In this document: one piece after another, positions 39,022 to 53,011 of the stretch
How the letters are laid out: every line of letters starts with the position of its first letter
How positions within the stretch are numbered: the stretch's first letter is position 1
Origin: Lama glama
Lineage: Eukaryota
DNA length: 64,000 bases
Assembly (NCBI GenBank): GCA_028534125.1
Contig: CM052818.1
Coordinates: 47,432,001 to 47,496,000 of the forward strand
Direction of reading: 5' to 3'
Position numbers and translations under genes: made by a program
Notes under the pieces: model-generated
Seen by the model: only the letters and a program-made list of their open reading frames with translations
Told to the model about the DNA's origin: nothing
The model's database searches: none

Positions 39022-42000
39022 ATGGGGGATTCAGAAGGAGTGGGAGTCTAGAGCTAAGAGCACAATCTGAAACGCTGGAGGTCAATCTCTTTAAAAGAAG
39101 CTTCTCCTCCTATTTCTTTGCTTTTCACATCTATCTGGTTAAATATTCGCAGCTGAGACCTGATACACATTTCATATTTGAAACATCACTCTTCAGTCCC
39201 ATCGTGTTTGCTGTCTTCTGATGTTTATTTCTGGCCCAAACACTGTTTCCTCCCTTCGGCTCCAGCCAGTTTGCGGAGGTTGTTTTAATTCAAGGGGGGA
39301 AGGTACAGGCAGGCAGATAGTAAGCATTTTAATACAGAGAGCTTCGTGTCTTACACACGCTTATGTCCGCACTGTGCCTTCCTTCCTTGGTTTTTAGAGG
39401 GCTCCTCTTAAGCCAAAGACGCGTAACAGCACCAGCTTCCCCCGCAGTGTTGTAACGCAAGGAGGAAGTACTGAAGTGGACCACACCATAGGCAGTACTA
39501 AAACAAAGCGTAAATGGAATTTCGAAGTCAGCCTATTGACCATATGCGTTTAGCTTAAATATTTGACCTTCTATGAGTTTAGGTGAGCTACGAAATATTG
39601 CTATGTCAGAGCATCCAAAGGGATGAACAGCAACGAGCAATGCAGTGTATTTCTAGACTCTCCTTAGAATGTGCAGTCGATTCACATTTGTGCCAAAGTG
39701 GCATCAGTGAATCAGTTTCCCCAAGAAAGGGGATGGGATAGCATCCTTCTCCGGCTACACTGCGGGCAGGGCAGGAGAGCTGCTGGCCGGAGAGCAGACA
39801 GCGCTCTCGACGTGGAGTGTGCTGTATACTGCAGAAACGTTTGTTTTGCAGGTATAACAGGAAATACCACTTAAAGCCGCCCTGCTTACCTCTGACTCGG
39901 TTTTCCCATCGTTGATAGCAGTGGTTTGGCTTCGCGACATTTGGAGTGCCTGTGCGTCAGCAGCTGTAAGACTCTAATCCTTGGAATGTATGGAAGTGAT
40001 CATCTGAGGGAACAATGAGAGCAGAATCGTAGTATTTATGCAGTGAGAAGGTGAGGCACTGTGACCAAAAGGCTGCAACGAAGATTTATGTATTTAACCC
40101 CATCCAGTTTGGCCTTTCTAGTTGAGTCCGTTAAAATTTCCTAAATCAAAAAGCTAAGAACATCCGTTTTCCTGCTTAGAAATGTCAAAAAATCATATCA
40201 GTCTCCAAAAATGAGCTCACAGTGCTGCCTTTACCTCCTACCACAGCCGAGCGTCAATCCAGCTTTCAGCTTCTATTTTCCACTTCTCCTTTTTCTGTGT
40301 CCTCCTGACAAACGAGGCCCCTGGGGGCCCCCTGAGCATCCATGAGTTCTCTGGCCCCTGTGCCTTCACAGACGCTCCAGTTGTCACCTCCCCTACAAGA
40401 CCCTCCTCCTTCTGCCTAAGCTGTAGCCGCCCCTCTCTTTGATATTTTATCCATCCTGCAAGATCCATTTCAAATACTATTCGCCCATGAAGAAATTCCT
40501 GCTTCTCCAACTCAAAGGATTTTTTTTTTCTCTTCTGTTAAAGCCCTGGAGAGCTTGGTGGGCGCCTTCTGGAACCTTCTGAGGCCTCTCTTCTGCACTG
40601 TGTCTGGACTAGTGTCATCCCGCGGCTGTGTATTCCTGACTGGGGGTCTCTCTTCTTGTTCTTAGTGGCTGTTAATACATATTTATTAATGGAAATAAAT
40701 ATGTGGTAACAGATTTGATGAGATTCTGTGAGCAGAGCAGTGGATGATGGAGGCCACATGGTGCAGTGGGAAGAGGCCCAGCTCCCGTCTCATTTCTAGG
40801 AGGCACTGCCATCGTCCACGCATGGTTCTCTTTCCTCCCCTGTGAACTTCGTGACAAGTGGCAGGGGGCTTTCCTTTGTGCCCCCAGAGCCTTGCCCAGG
40901 ACACACTGCATGCAAAGCATTCAGATGTCTGTGGTGCCACATTGTCACTGACTGATGTTTTTATCTGGGGAAAAAATCCTTCCATTTATCTAAGCCTCAA
41001 ATTTCCTGCTGGTAAGATGAGGAGTTTCTTTTCAATTTGTTTTTAGATTTTTTGTTTTGTAGTTCTTTCTCCCCTGTGCATGTAGCTACTAGGCGATCCT
41101 TCGGTAATAATTTAATTAACTTTTACTGTCAAATGGGCTTGATTTGTTGGTTGGTGTTTGTTTAATTAAACCCTCCGGTATAAGCATGTTTAAGCAGTAT
41201 TGCTTTATGAACGTTTCAGAGGGAATAAAAGCAGTCACAAGACAGAGGAACCCCGTGGACGGTCACAGATCAGGCATCCCCACAGGGACCAGTGGGCCAC
41301 CAGCTCTCCCTGCTCTCCAGACCTGTCTTTGCTGACCAACAGTGCCAGGGATGGAGGGACAAAGGGACGGATGGGCGCTCCGGACCCAGCTTTGCGATGT
41401 GAAACTCGGCGATGAAGCTCTCGCTCCAGCAAATTAGCAACCATTATGCATCCTTAGGATGAAAACCCGTAATTCTCCATAGAGGTGTCCGTGACCTGTC
41501 AGGCTGAGCATCCTTCCTCTCATGCGGATGAGGTGGAAAACGCACTGTCCAGGTGCTGGTTTCTGTGCACTGCTTTTAAAAAAAGTTGTTTTTTTTTTTT
41601 AAGGCAAATCACTAAGCTACGGTTGCTATTGTAACCTAATCACTGGTTTCCTGCAGTAAATGACAAGCCGGCGTCCCTGTAAGTGGCAGCCACAGTGGTC
41701 TTCTTGCTGCCTTTGCACAAAGCGAATTATTCTTTTTAGTCTGACAATAGCAGGAGCCTTGTGGAGGCCAGCTCTGGACTTGAAAAGTTCAGGCTGCCTT
41801 TTGCACTGACATTTCTGCTTTAATGATCTTTGCTGCAAAATTAAGTAATGCGAGGCTCTCCAGGTAGCTCAGAATTAAGACCCAGGCTCTCAGTCATACA
41901 AAGGGAAGCATGTGTCTGTGTTAAAGAATCTGGAGCGTGGAAGACGAGACTTTGCAAGAGCCCAGGAAATCTGATTTGAAATCTCAGGAGGGGGTTGCTG

Positions 42001-45000
42001 AAAAGTGCCGGGATGTGGTGCAGCATCCAGGCTTGGAACGGAGGGAGACGGCTGATTCATCCCAACTGTTTTCCACAGAATGATTTTTTTAAATAATGCC
42101 TTCCCTCTGGCCCCACCATATTTAGTGCAATACCACTTATATTTGAAGTCTGTTCTCTGCTCTAATGAAGTGGCAAAGAATAAGAAAGAAAAAAATAGAA
42201 ATACTCTGTCTCCCAGGAATAATACTTTATCCTCATTTATTTTAAGCAAAAAATAACATTGTTCAATGTTCTTCTCAACCATTTCTAAGGGACCAACATT
42301 TTAAGCACCATGTGATATAAAATGTTATTTGTGTATCTGCATAAATATTATAATGTATTTTCTTTGCGGCCTCTGGTGAGGAATTTGGAAAAAAGTCAGC
42401 ATTTTATGAAAAAATTACCCCCAAATTTAGATTACTATATTATGTCACTATGGATTACAATGGAGCACTGATTTCAAATTCCTTTGTGATATTTTTTAAA
42501 TGATGGTTTATGAAATGTATAATCCTCCTCCTACGCAAATTTCTCCCTCTAAACGTGCTTCCCCGGGCTGCTGGTATATCTGTTCCCCAGTGACCTGAGC
42601 TCAGGACCCTTGCCTCTCCCTCCCCTCTGACATCTCTCTTGCCTCTCTGGGCCCATCATCAAATGCGCTCTCTGCATCCTTTCATGACTTTTAACAGCTT
42701 CAGTCTTCATTCTCTATTTGCCTTGTTTAAAAAAGGTGGATCCAATCTACCTACCTACCTATCCTTAGCTCCCAACATGCCCCAGTACAAACTCCAACCC
42801 AGTTCTCATATCACAAGACTAGAGCTGGAAGGAAGCCCCAGGAGCATCTGGTCTTTGTTCCTTCTCCGTTTCTAGCCAGCCCTCATGGATGCCAGTGTGC
42901 CTAGCCACGAACTACACTCTGAGTGGCAAGCAAGGTCACAAGGATGAACCCTCTGTGCCTCGGCACCAGCTGTCCTGGCGTCTGGATGTGAAAATAGATC
43001 CTTTTCTGCTTGGTGCTGAGATCCAGGCTCCTCCACATGCCCGTGTTTGGTTCCTTGTATTTGAAGATTGAATGTTCTTCATGAATAGTGTTCAGTCCTT
43101 TTCCAAGGCTGATATCCTGTTTCCATCATGCAAAACTTGTCTCAAAATCAAGACAAACTGCCCTCAAATTCAAAATTCAGTGCTTGGGGCTTTGATACCA
43201 TCTGACAGCATCTGCTCTGAGCTCGGTGGCTGCTGGGTTGCTGCATCTCCCAACCACCCTTGCTCCTGGATTCCTCGTCTTCCCGCTGCCCACCTGCCAT
43301 GATGCTCTGACCCTGAACGCTTTTCGAACCCTCAAGCATCGCTCACTGCAGTGTCTTCTGGGCTCTTCCTGCACATACAGGCTTTTAAAAAGGTAAATTC
43401 TGGAATTATGAAATTCACCTCCTCAAAGATCTATCATTTCACTGAGTAAAGTTTCCGAGTTAGTGATTCCAAGCAGAGTTAAAATAGAAACCACTTTCCC
43501 GAAAGGCATTAAAACTCATGATGTTTCTGGGATCTGTAGTGGAGCTCCCTAATTCTCACCAAAGACTGGGGTTTCAGTCCTATCTTTTTGATTTGGTTTA
43601 ATTTTTTAAAATATTAACATCTGCATTGGTGAATCCCCAGTCTGTCCCTCGAGCTCCATCCTTGTGCCCGTCACACAGAAGTCCAGGCACATCTGAGCGT
43701 TACTCACCTTCCCCACACACCTTAGGGGCCTTCCTTGGGTTAATGGCCACAGCATCGTTCTACACGTGTGGTCATTTTTGATTCCTCTCTCATATCGGTC
43801 ACCCACATTAATTCAGTTACCAAGTCTTACTGCTGCTCCTTCATCAATTTAGCTCCAACTCACTTTTTCCTTCCATTTCTTTTGTTACTACCCAAGCTTA
43901 GGCAATTATGATCTCCAATCAGTACTTTTACAATAATCCCCAGTGGGTTCCTGGACTTTTATTCTCACCTTCTATACTTTCTTTTACACATCCTTCCACA
44001 TTCATTGTCCATCTCAAAAATGACCTACAAAATAAAGACCATCTACAAGACAAGGTACATATTTCTTAGGTGGTAAGAAGCGTCCCCCAGATCTGTCCCC
44101 AACTTATCTTTCTGATATAATCTCCTGCAAGTGTGTTGTCATAGGGTTTAAAAAACATTGTCTCAAACATTTCCTTTGATAATGACATCAGTCCTGTGAG
44201 TTGAGCTGACATCAGTGACCTTGGATTTATTATCCCATTTTACAAATGAGGAAGCAAATGTACACAAAATGGCATGGCAATCCATGAGTCCACATTACTG
44301 ACTCAACACCACAGTGAGAATCAGAGGGAGAAGCAATCTACAACCCACACCCTAATTCTTCTACCTCTTCATGAACTTTCCAAGAAATGTCATTTCTGAA
44401 AATACCTTGCTCTCTCCAGGCAGAACTAGTTCCTCCCTGCCCCGGGTCCCTAGAAGACTTTCTACATACACCTACTATGATATGTAGCCCATGCAAAGTG
44501 ATTATTCATTTTCATTTTAGTCAACAGTGAAATGCTTGCAGCAGGAGCCATGCTTCTGTTTTGGCTTGGTGTTTTGTCACTTAGCAGTATCTGGCCCATA
44601 GCGACAGGAAGTGCCATTTAATGAGTAATTCTACCTCGTTGTTTGGTTGTCTGAAACATGACGGTGCGTGGGCTCCAGCGCAGCGCTGCGTTGCGTTCCT
44701 GTGCACCTGCAGAAATCACTGTCACACTTTGATTGCGGTGGAGAAGACTGCTTGTTCTAGGGCATAAGTAAATGTGAATCTTGTTAAGCTGGAGGCCAGA
44801 ATTCACTCTGGACAATCAACTGGCCATTCTCGTTGTATATTAAAAAGTGAACTTTGTATGACTAACCAAAACTCTTGCCATAAGTCACAGGGCATTAAGG
44901 CCCAAAGTCACGCCTGGTTTTGAAAGAACACTGCACTCTTATGCAAATGCCTTTATTAAGAATTTAGCTATTACAGAGCATGAGCTCTTCAAATATTTAA

Positions 45001-47495
45001 TAGAAACTGAAACAATAAGTTCATCCAACCTCTGAATGGTCCCATAAAATGACTAAGCTTGAACGTAGTAATATTTCATGAGTGCTAAATAACATCTTGA
45101 ACATGTTTGCTGGTGGAAGATATTTTTTTAACTGGGAATTACAACAAGGATTCAGATGCTTTTCTTTTTACTATGGTTTAGTAGTTCAACCTCCTAAATT
45201 TTGAGAAGATAATAAGCGAGCAAGAAGCAGACAAGGAAAGGATCATGCTTGAAATCGTATGTAGTGAAAAAGTCCAGAATGGTGGCAAGATGATAAATTA
45301 GGGAGAAATATATATACACACACACTATATATATAGTCAGGCATTTGCTGGTCCAGTTCACCGGATTGGGCATGACATGGAATATATTATAACTGACTGA
45401 AATGATGGTTTCTGATTATCACCAGGAGTCATCTGTTGGTTGTTTACGAAAGTCTCAGGAAATAGGAATAATCTCACAGGCCTTTATTAAGAGTGAATAT
45501 CCAGGCGCTTGCTCTGAACAACCTGTGTGATGAGCTCGCCGAGTTAGAACCAGCAGCCAGCGCGGCCCAGGTCGTCAGTGCAGCCACACACGTCGTCCAA
45601 ACGGGATGCTGAACTTGAATGCTTTTTGTTCTGAGATTTAGGTTTTCACACTTTCAGAGCCAGATGCCAGCAGGTAACGTGTGTCCTCAACCTTACGAAA
45701 CAATTACTGTGGGAAAAAAACAGCAGATTTTCTTAAAAAAAATATACAAGCCAAGTATGTGCCTTATTGGACATCTAGCTCTCAATTTCAATATTCTGAG
45801 CACAGCCTCAAATAAGTAGATCATGGACATGTGTCTTTTCTTCTCTCTTTTTTTACATTTATTATTTCTTTTCTTGTTTTTCAAATGAGTATGATTATTG
45901 CTGATTTTGAACTGTTAAACAACTGAAAATATTTCTGAAAAAATATGGTGGTGTGTATTCCAGATTCAATAGACGAACTAAATTTGAATAAACCTAGAGG
46001 CCAGGGTGAGGTATTTGAGATGATAGATGCACTTCTCCCATTCTGTCCCCAGGCTTCCTTTCCCCCTCGTACTGTGTGTTAGCCCATATCTGCCCTCGTG
46101 GTCTTAAATCCTTTTCTCACTCTCCACTTGCAACTCAAGTCCTTCAGTGCCTTTAACTGCCAGGCTTTCCCGAGGGCCAGTTCGAACCCAGAAAACCAAG
46201 CTAGAACTACAAATAGAGTTGATGTATGTGGTCTTTATACACGTGAGGAGTTCACAGTCCAATGGGGGAAACAGAAACACACAAACCAAAAATCCCAAAA
46301 ATATAGTGAGGAAAGTTCTAACAGAAAATTTCACTGTGTAATGAGAAGAGCAAGAAAAGGCGAATGAGAGGAGCCTGAGGCTTTGGGAAGTGAGAACTAA
46401 GACCCACTTCTCAGAGAAGAGCAGCCTCAGAGAGGGGCCAAAGTTTTCCTTCTCGTGATCCTCCCACAAGCGCAACATCCTAGAGCCCGGGAACCCTCCT
46501 GCTGCCACCGAGAACACCGGTTTTCATGAAAACCTTTCTTACGTGTATTGTCTGAGCAAACATCGTTGAGACACTGGTTTAATTGCCAAGTAATGATTCT
46601 AATGCTTGGTCGCAGAAGAAATTGGAGTTTCAGTGTCATGTAGATATTTATAACAAACAATAGTGCTTGATGTAATAGGCTTCAAATTATTCTCAATTGT
46701 CCTATTGTGTGAATTATTTATGAACTTTTACACATCTGTAAACTCAGAATAAACCACTTTGAGCCATTCCATACATAGAAAAAAAATTATCAAAGATCTT
46801 TCCACTTGATTTACTGACACTTCATAGATTTATTTCAATGTTGTATTTCACATGTATAAATTATAACATTTTATTTGTCCAGATGCCTAACTATTGGATA
46901 TTTCAATAGTGTATATTTTTAATGTCTTCAGGTAGGCTCACAACTTTTGAGAATCACCAGGTAGAAACTGAGTACTACCCGTCTCTCTAATATAGTAGGC
47001 ATCTACAGTATTTTTCCTGTTTTCTTCAAAATTTCATTTCTTGGAAGGTTCCTGTGAGCATAGGAGAGGATGAGAAGGAACTAAGTTCTGTTTAGCACCC
47101 ACTGTGTGCAAGGCCTTTACATGGATTATCATATTTAATCACCATAAGACTTCAGTAAAGTGTGTCATTATTTTTTAGTTTATCACTCGTTGAATTTTCT
47201 TATCCTCATTTTATCAAAAAGAGTAGGAGATTCTTTTCCCCAAGACCCTCTCATGCTAGGTTGGGCCCACATGCACAGCCGTACGCGGCCGGTATGTAGC
47301 CATGGGAGAGCCAGACCGAACCTGGGCTTCAACCACGCGCTAGAGCCCACGGCACATGCTGAACCTCCGTTTCCCGTGTGAGAGGGCACGTGCTGCCTCC
47401 CCTGCCTCTGGCTCCATAGAGGAAGCAGCTAAATCATGCTGAAGGTGTTTGGGAGCCGTGTGCCCGACTTGACCACTGCTTCCCAAGGGTGCATC

Positions 47496-48193
47496 TGTGG
47501 TGAGCAGAATAGTAGCCCCAAAGATGCCCGTGTCCCAAGCCAAGAATGTGCTGCATTGCATGGGAAAAAAAGAACTTGCAGGTGCAATTAGGTTACCTAC
47601 TTTAGGACTGGAAGACGACCCTAAATGATCCAGGTTGGCCCGCTGTCACCACATCAACCTTTCAAAGCGGAGAGGTTTCTCTGGCTGGAGTCAGGTATGG
47701 CGGAAGGAGAAGTCACAGAGAGTCCAAGTGTGACAAGGTCTTGATATAGTATTTCTGGCTCTGAGATAGAGGGGCCCATGTATGAGGACCAGAGGGAGGC
47801 TCTCCAGGAGCTAAGGTTGTCCTCCAGATGACAGCCAGCCAGGAAACAGGGACCTGAGAGACCTAAAGTTAAAAAGAAAAAAGACCCTACCAATGATGTG
47901 AACTTTAGCAATATTTTTTTAAATTAAGGTATGTACATTGTTTTTGAGACCTACTGCTAGTAGTAGAATAGTAGACAGTAACAGAAGAACAGTGGGATAG
48001 TGAAGTCAGCTCCCAGGAGCCGCGTATAACAGCACAGGCAGCTGACACCTCAATTCCAGCCTGAAGAAACCAGCATCACAGGAATGTGAGGGGCCGATCC
48101 AGGCCCCCAAACAAGACTGCAAGATAATAAATCTACACTTGCTAAGCCACTAAGTGTGTGGTAATTTGTTATAGCAGCAAAGGAGACTATCCA
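47496..48193 (+). mobile_element. MLT1-type MaLR LTR interrupted by a foreign segment with a Tigger1-like fragment
   Basis: TG...CA ends (tgtggtgagcagaat / taagccactaagtgtgtggtaatttgttatagcagca). TSD gcatc/gcacc. Tigger1-like tttaaattaaggtatgtacattgttttt at about 47904-47959. Confidence 0.85.
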
Positions 48194-48837
48194 GCACCCT
48201 TCCACCCCGTTAGCAGCTCAGCCTTGGTCGGCCTGCTGGGTACTTCCTTCCTCCTCCCCCTCCCAGTATTTCTCCCTTTCATGAGCACGGAGCTGTGTCT
48301 GCCACAGGTAGGACATTATGTATTTTAATCACAAAATTCAGCTCCCACCAGAGGCCACTCTTACCCCTTCTCTGCTTTTAACAAATTATCTTATTACAAA
48401 ATACCGCTCTCGAGCCAAATTCCACACACCTGTTTTGAAAGAGTCTGTGAAATTAACCCATGAACTGTCATTTCTAATATACCTAGTTGTAATTAATAAA
48501 AATAAACCTTTTCTAATCTTTTGTTTTTCAATGATAACTTATCTTTTACTATAAAAATTATACGTTCTCATTTAAAATATGCCTGGCATGTCAAATAAGC
48601 ATTCAGTGCAAGTTAATTAGCAGCTGTAGCAATAGGGGTTGTAATCAATACAACACGATCAGAACATCATGGCCCTGCTCTGCGGGGCTCTCCCACTTCC
48701 TGGACAAGCACACACTGGCAGTGGACCAGACACTCTCATTTGGAAAACCGTGGTCTGATTTCAGAAAATATTTTCTTTTTTCTTTCCTTCCCTCCAATGA
48801 GCTGATGAAAAATATGTCCCATGATTTTATTACAGCT

Positions 48838-49270
48838 TTCTATAGTTTTCTATTGCTATCAAGCAAATTAGTACAAACTTAAGAGCTTAAGATAACACTG
48901 GTTCATTATCTCATAGTTTCTCTGGGTTAGGGGTCTGAGCACAGCTTTTAGGATTCTCTACTTCAAGATTTTTACCAGGGTGCAATCTGGATGTTGACTG
49001 GGGCTGAGTTCTCATCAGAGGCTTGACTGGGGAAAAATCCAATTAATTTTCATGCAGCTTTGGGACTGGAATCCCCTTCAATTGCTGACTGTCAGCAGGC
49101 GACTATAAAGCTACTAGAATTTTCCAGCCATGTGACCCTCTCCTCACAAACCTTCACAAAGACCCAATCACAACATGGAAGCTCACTTCTTCAAGGCCAG
49201 GAGCAAAACCTCTCTTGCTTCAAATCCCTTTATAGAGGGCTTCTTTGCTTGGGTCAGGCCCACTCAGGGA
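48838..49270 (-). mobile_element. MLT1-type MaLR LTR fragment
   Basis: agttttctattgct...aaattagtacaaacttaagagcttaagataacac...ttatctcatagtttctctggg. Confidence 0.8.
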
Positions 49271-49274
49271 GAGT

Positions 49275-49744
49275 GTCCAGGGGAAAGAGTGCCTCCTTTC
49301 CCCAGCCTAACATCCAGACTTCGCTGGAGAGGACACAGCTGTGGTCCACTATGACAGAGAAGCCATCGTGGTACTGCCCTCCAGGACTTGCAGTATATGC
49401 ACCCACTGGGTTGCAGGAGAAAGGTGTTTATTGTGAGCTACTCAACAGAGACACACTGCAAAAATATGTCCAAGGTGGTGGGAGGAGGGCGCCAGGGCCA
49501 CTGTGCACTGCAGGATCAAAGTTCCAGGAGATCTGGGTACCTGGAAAGAGCCTGCCAGGGAAATACCAGAACCAGAAAGCAAAACCCGGGCCTCCTGTAA
49601 TGTCTCCTCAACACCCTCTACTGACAAAGATTAACATCATGCCAGCCAGCAAAGAGAAAAAAATCAAAGGGCCCAGATTCATTTCCACAAAGCAGACAAA
49701 AAGTTTGATTTGGAGCTGGGCAGCAATAAATCAATAAGCAACAC
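49275..49744 (-). mobile_element. LTR41-like ERVL LTR
   Basis: ccctctactgacaaagattaacatcatgccagccagcaaag...gatttggagctgggcagcaataaatcaataa resembles the reverse complement of the recalled LTR41 start. Confidence 0.65.
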
Positions 49745-50659
49745 ATTCACTTTCCATCTCATCAACTCCAAGCAAATGAGCTTTTGCATTTGCTTGGTGC
49801 CTGTATACCATATTGTGTTTCCATCCCGTTGGGCAATACTGCAAATCCCCTGGGAAATCCTGCCATGAGTTATGGTGCAGCTTCTCTACTTAGCTGACAT
49901 CACTCACCTCTTGTCTGTGAGATGGGCAGTCTTCTATCAAGCACCGCCATTGACATGCCAGGCCTTCGGTGTCCCATGAACATTTAAGTCCCTATGTCCT
50001 ATGCTAGACATTGACAATATCGCTGTGAAAAATCACAGGCAGTTGCCACTGATTAATGAGAGAGAATGCATTTCTCTTTACCAAAAATATAATGCATGTA
50101 ACCAATTGCCAAATGGTGGGTCTAATCCACCAGAGTGCTACACTGAAAAAACATATCTGAATTCTAACTTATGTTTCAAATAAAGAGCTCAGTTACAGTT
50201 AAATAAACTTTAATATATCTGCAAAATAGATTATTAAGCAATGATGAATATATATTTCTGAAAATCTAATAACTTGTGATATGCCCACAAAATAAATTTA
50301 AGTTTAAAAGTAAGAATGTATTTTATTCTGCACAATGTACAGACACACACATATATAACCAAAATATGAACACATTAATAACATTATTTCTACAAGAATA
50401 TTTAATTTTCTTCTTTTTTTTATATGTATGGTTACAGATTTTCTTTACTAAACATTATGTTTCAAAAGGAAAAATATTAAAATAGCATTTGGCATCTTTC
50501 TCTGTTTTTTTTTTTTCTTCCTCCCTTAAAAGATTACAGCTCCATGAAAAAAGCATTCCTTAGGATTCTTATACATAAGAGCCAAACAATGAATTCTCAT
50601 TGCACCCAAATTATCTTACCAACCAAAAATGAATACAATAACGCAATATTATTATTTTA

Positions 50660-50950
50660 CTAACTGTAAAAACAAACAAAAATCATTCTTTTAGTGTCCC
50701 AATCCTCTCATTAGCTCATGCAAACCATTTTAGAAGTTCCATTTCAAAGGTTTAGAGTTTTATTTTCAATGATAAAGAGATAATACATTGTTTTATTTGG
50801 TGCTAGAGGTTTTGCAGATTTTTAAAATTATTGTTCTAAGAGCTTCAAAAATAATCCATTATATTTTTGGTTGATATGAAGAAGACATTGCCACATACCA
50901 ACTTGGAAAATCTATTAATACTATCATGTGATCTTGGAAGGAGCATTCAA
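50660..50950 (-). mobile_element. Possible hAT transposase C-terminal fossil
   Basis: The minus strand loosely encodes F-EAL-R...LSL(L)SIEN...FA-ANER, reminiscent of the hAT dimerisation domain. Heavily frameshifted. Confidence 0.25.
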
Positions 50951-53011
50951 AACTCATCTCAAAATCTACGCTTCGTAGTGGATGCTTCAGTTCTGCCTAA
51001 AGCTCATATTCATTTGAGGGTCACAACTGGAAGACATGGGTGAGGCATGAGCTTACGGGGTCTACCCTTTTACCCCTAAAAGCCTTTGTCACTGTGATCA
51101 ACGAATGAGAAACCTAAACGATTTTAAAAATGAAAGGTGCCACGTAAAGTCTGTAACAAGATGTCCTTCATACTCTCCAGCCATATATGTTGCGTGGCAT
51201 AATCAATCAATTAAGCTTTCCTGAAATGAATTTTTTTTGGCATGCACAGTATGTGGAGTGAAATCTTTGAGTAAATGGGATCCATAAATCAGCCTACATA
51301 ATATAAGCCCTTGGCATCGTTTTTACCTACCCTTTTAAAGGATTAACAAGGAACTGGCAAGAAATACAGAAACGTTGATATGGGCTTCCAGGCTGCAGTC
51401 TAACGCTGTGATGTTTTGTGCTAGTACAATTTAACCAGCAACGGCTCACCTCCTGCCTCCAGAGACTTGCCAGTGGAAAACTATTTAGTATCATTTTGCT
51501 CTTAATCGTTGAACGCAGACACTCTCAAATTACCTTTCCTAGCAAACTGCTGTCCTCTGTGACATTGCTAAGTGTATATTGGCGTCGAGTCGAAAAATAT
51601 TACCTAACTCTGTTTAGACACTTTCATTCTTTCATTTGCTCACAAACATTTATTGAGCACTTATGTATGCCAAGAATGTGCTGACTTATAAGGAGACAAA
51701 GGGAAAAAAAATCTACCTTTGCCTTCAAGGAGCCTGCGGTCTGAAGGGAAGACATGAAGAATGCATGTAAGTACGAGTAAAAGGCTGTTAAAATAAGACT
51801 CTGATTAAGACACGCTCCCCCCACCCCACCAAGGCTGAGAATAAAAAAATCAAAAGTACTCACTAACTGAAGCAAGAAACCACTGATGAAGAATTTTAAA
51901 GGTAGTCGTTAAAAATTGCGCTTTTCTCCCATTAACTATTACATTAGCTCTGATAGGAATAATCTTAAAAAGAGTCACTTTTTACCTAAAAATATATTTT
52001 TTAAAAATCTTAGAATGACTTTTAGTTGACAAAAAACATCAGAAGAAAATTCATGATATCTGCCAGAGACTGCACCTACAAATTGAGAAGAAGAAGAAAA
52101 AAAAAAAGTTTACGGAGAGAAGGACAGGAAATGGTTAAGCGCCCTTCTGCGCTCTGGAGAATCCAGCCAGCACGCCCCGACACTTGCTGTTTCTCCAGTT
52201 TCCAGAGAGTGTCGGGATTTGTTCCTCATGACAAAACTCTCCTGACAACAATGCCACCTAGAATTTCATCATTCAAGATGCCTTAGTTGCTAAGTAGAGG
52301 CTCCTCTGGAGAACCTAAGCCCACAATCACAGAGTCAGTCAGCAACCAATGCCTTTAGCAAAGCTGAATTAACAACACCTCTGCCCTCTAAAGCAGCTCG
52401 CTGTCTAGTAGCTGCAGTTGTCACGAAAGGCTCCTTGTGTCGGAGTATATTCTTTGTGCTAAATATATCCATGTTAATTTGCAATGCAGCCACCTTCTCA
52501 GCTGAAACGCAAAATGTTCCAAAAGAACATATGTCCAGCACCTTCTTTAGCTTCAGCTTCAGAAACAGTTTGTGTTTTCCTTTTTCTATTCTTTCCTTTT
52601 CCCCTCTTTTTATTTCTCCTGGTTTTTTTTTTTCTCTTTAATCAAGACAGCAAATGCCTACTCTCTATCTGTAGGACAGCCACATTCTTCTGAGCTCCAG
52701 AAACACAAATCCACCTATGGAAGGCAGTACAGAACACACCAGATTAAGGACGTACTGTTCGCCACTCTTTAGAGTTAAGCAATTTTTTGAGAGAAAGAAT
52801 TAAAGATGGAGAGTGACAAAGAGTAAAAGTCATTGAGGTGAATGGACTGTTCTACAGTGTTCTGAGAGGGCTTCAGGAGAGTCAGGGCTTTCTGTATGAC
52901 AGTGGACAGGGAGAAAGCGGGGAGGGAAGACTGGAAAGGGCGGTCTGGGTAGAGAGACTGAGCTGGCAAGGGGCTGGGAGCCAGAGGAGACTGGCTTGTC
53001 TGTACTGGAAT

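Noticed and set aside
49060..49737. Longest ORF (225 aa, plus strand)
   Set aside because: It starts at a non-ATG codon and runs antisense across the junction of an MLT1 LTR and an LTR41-like LTR. No recognisable domain.
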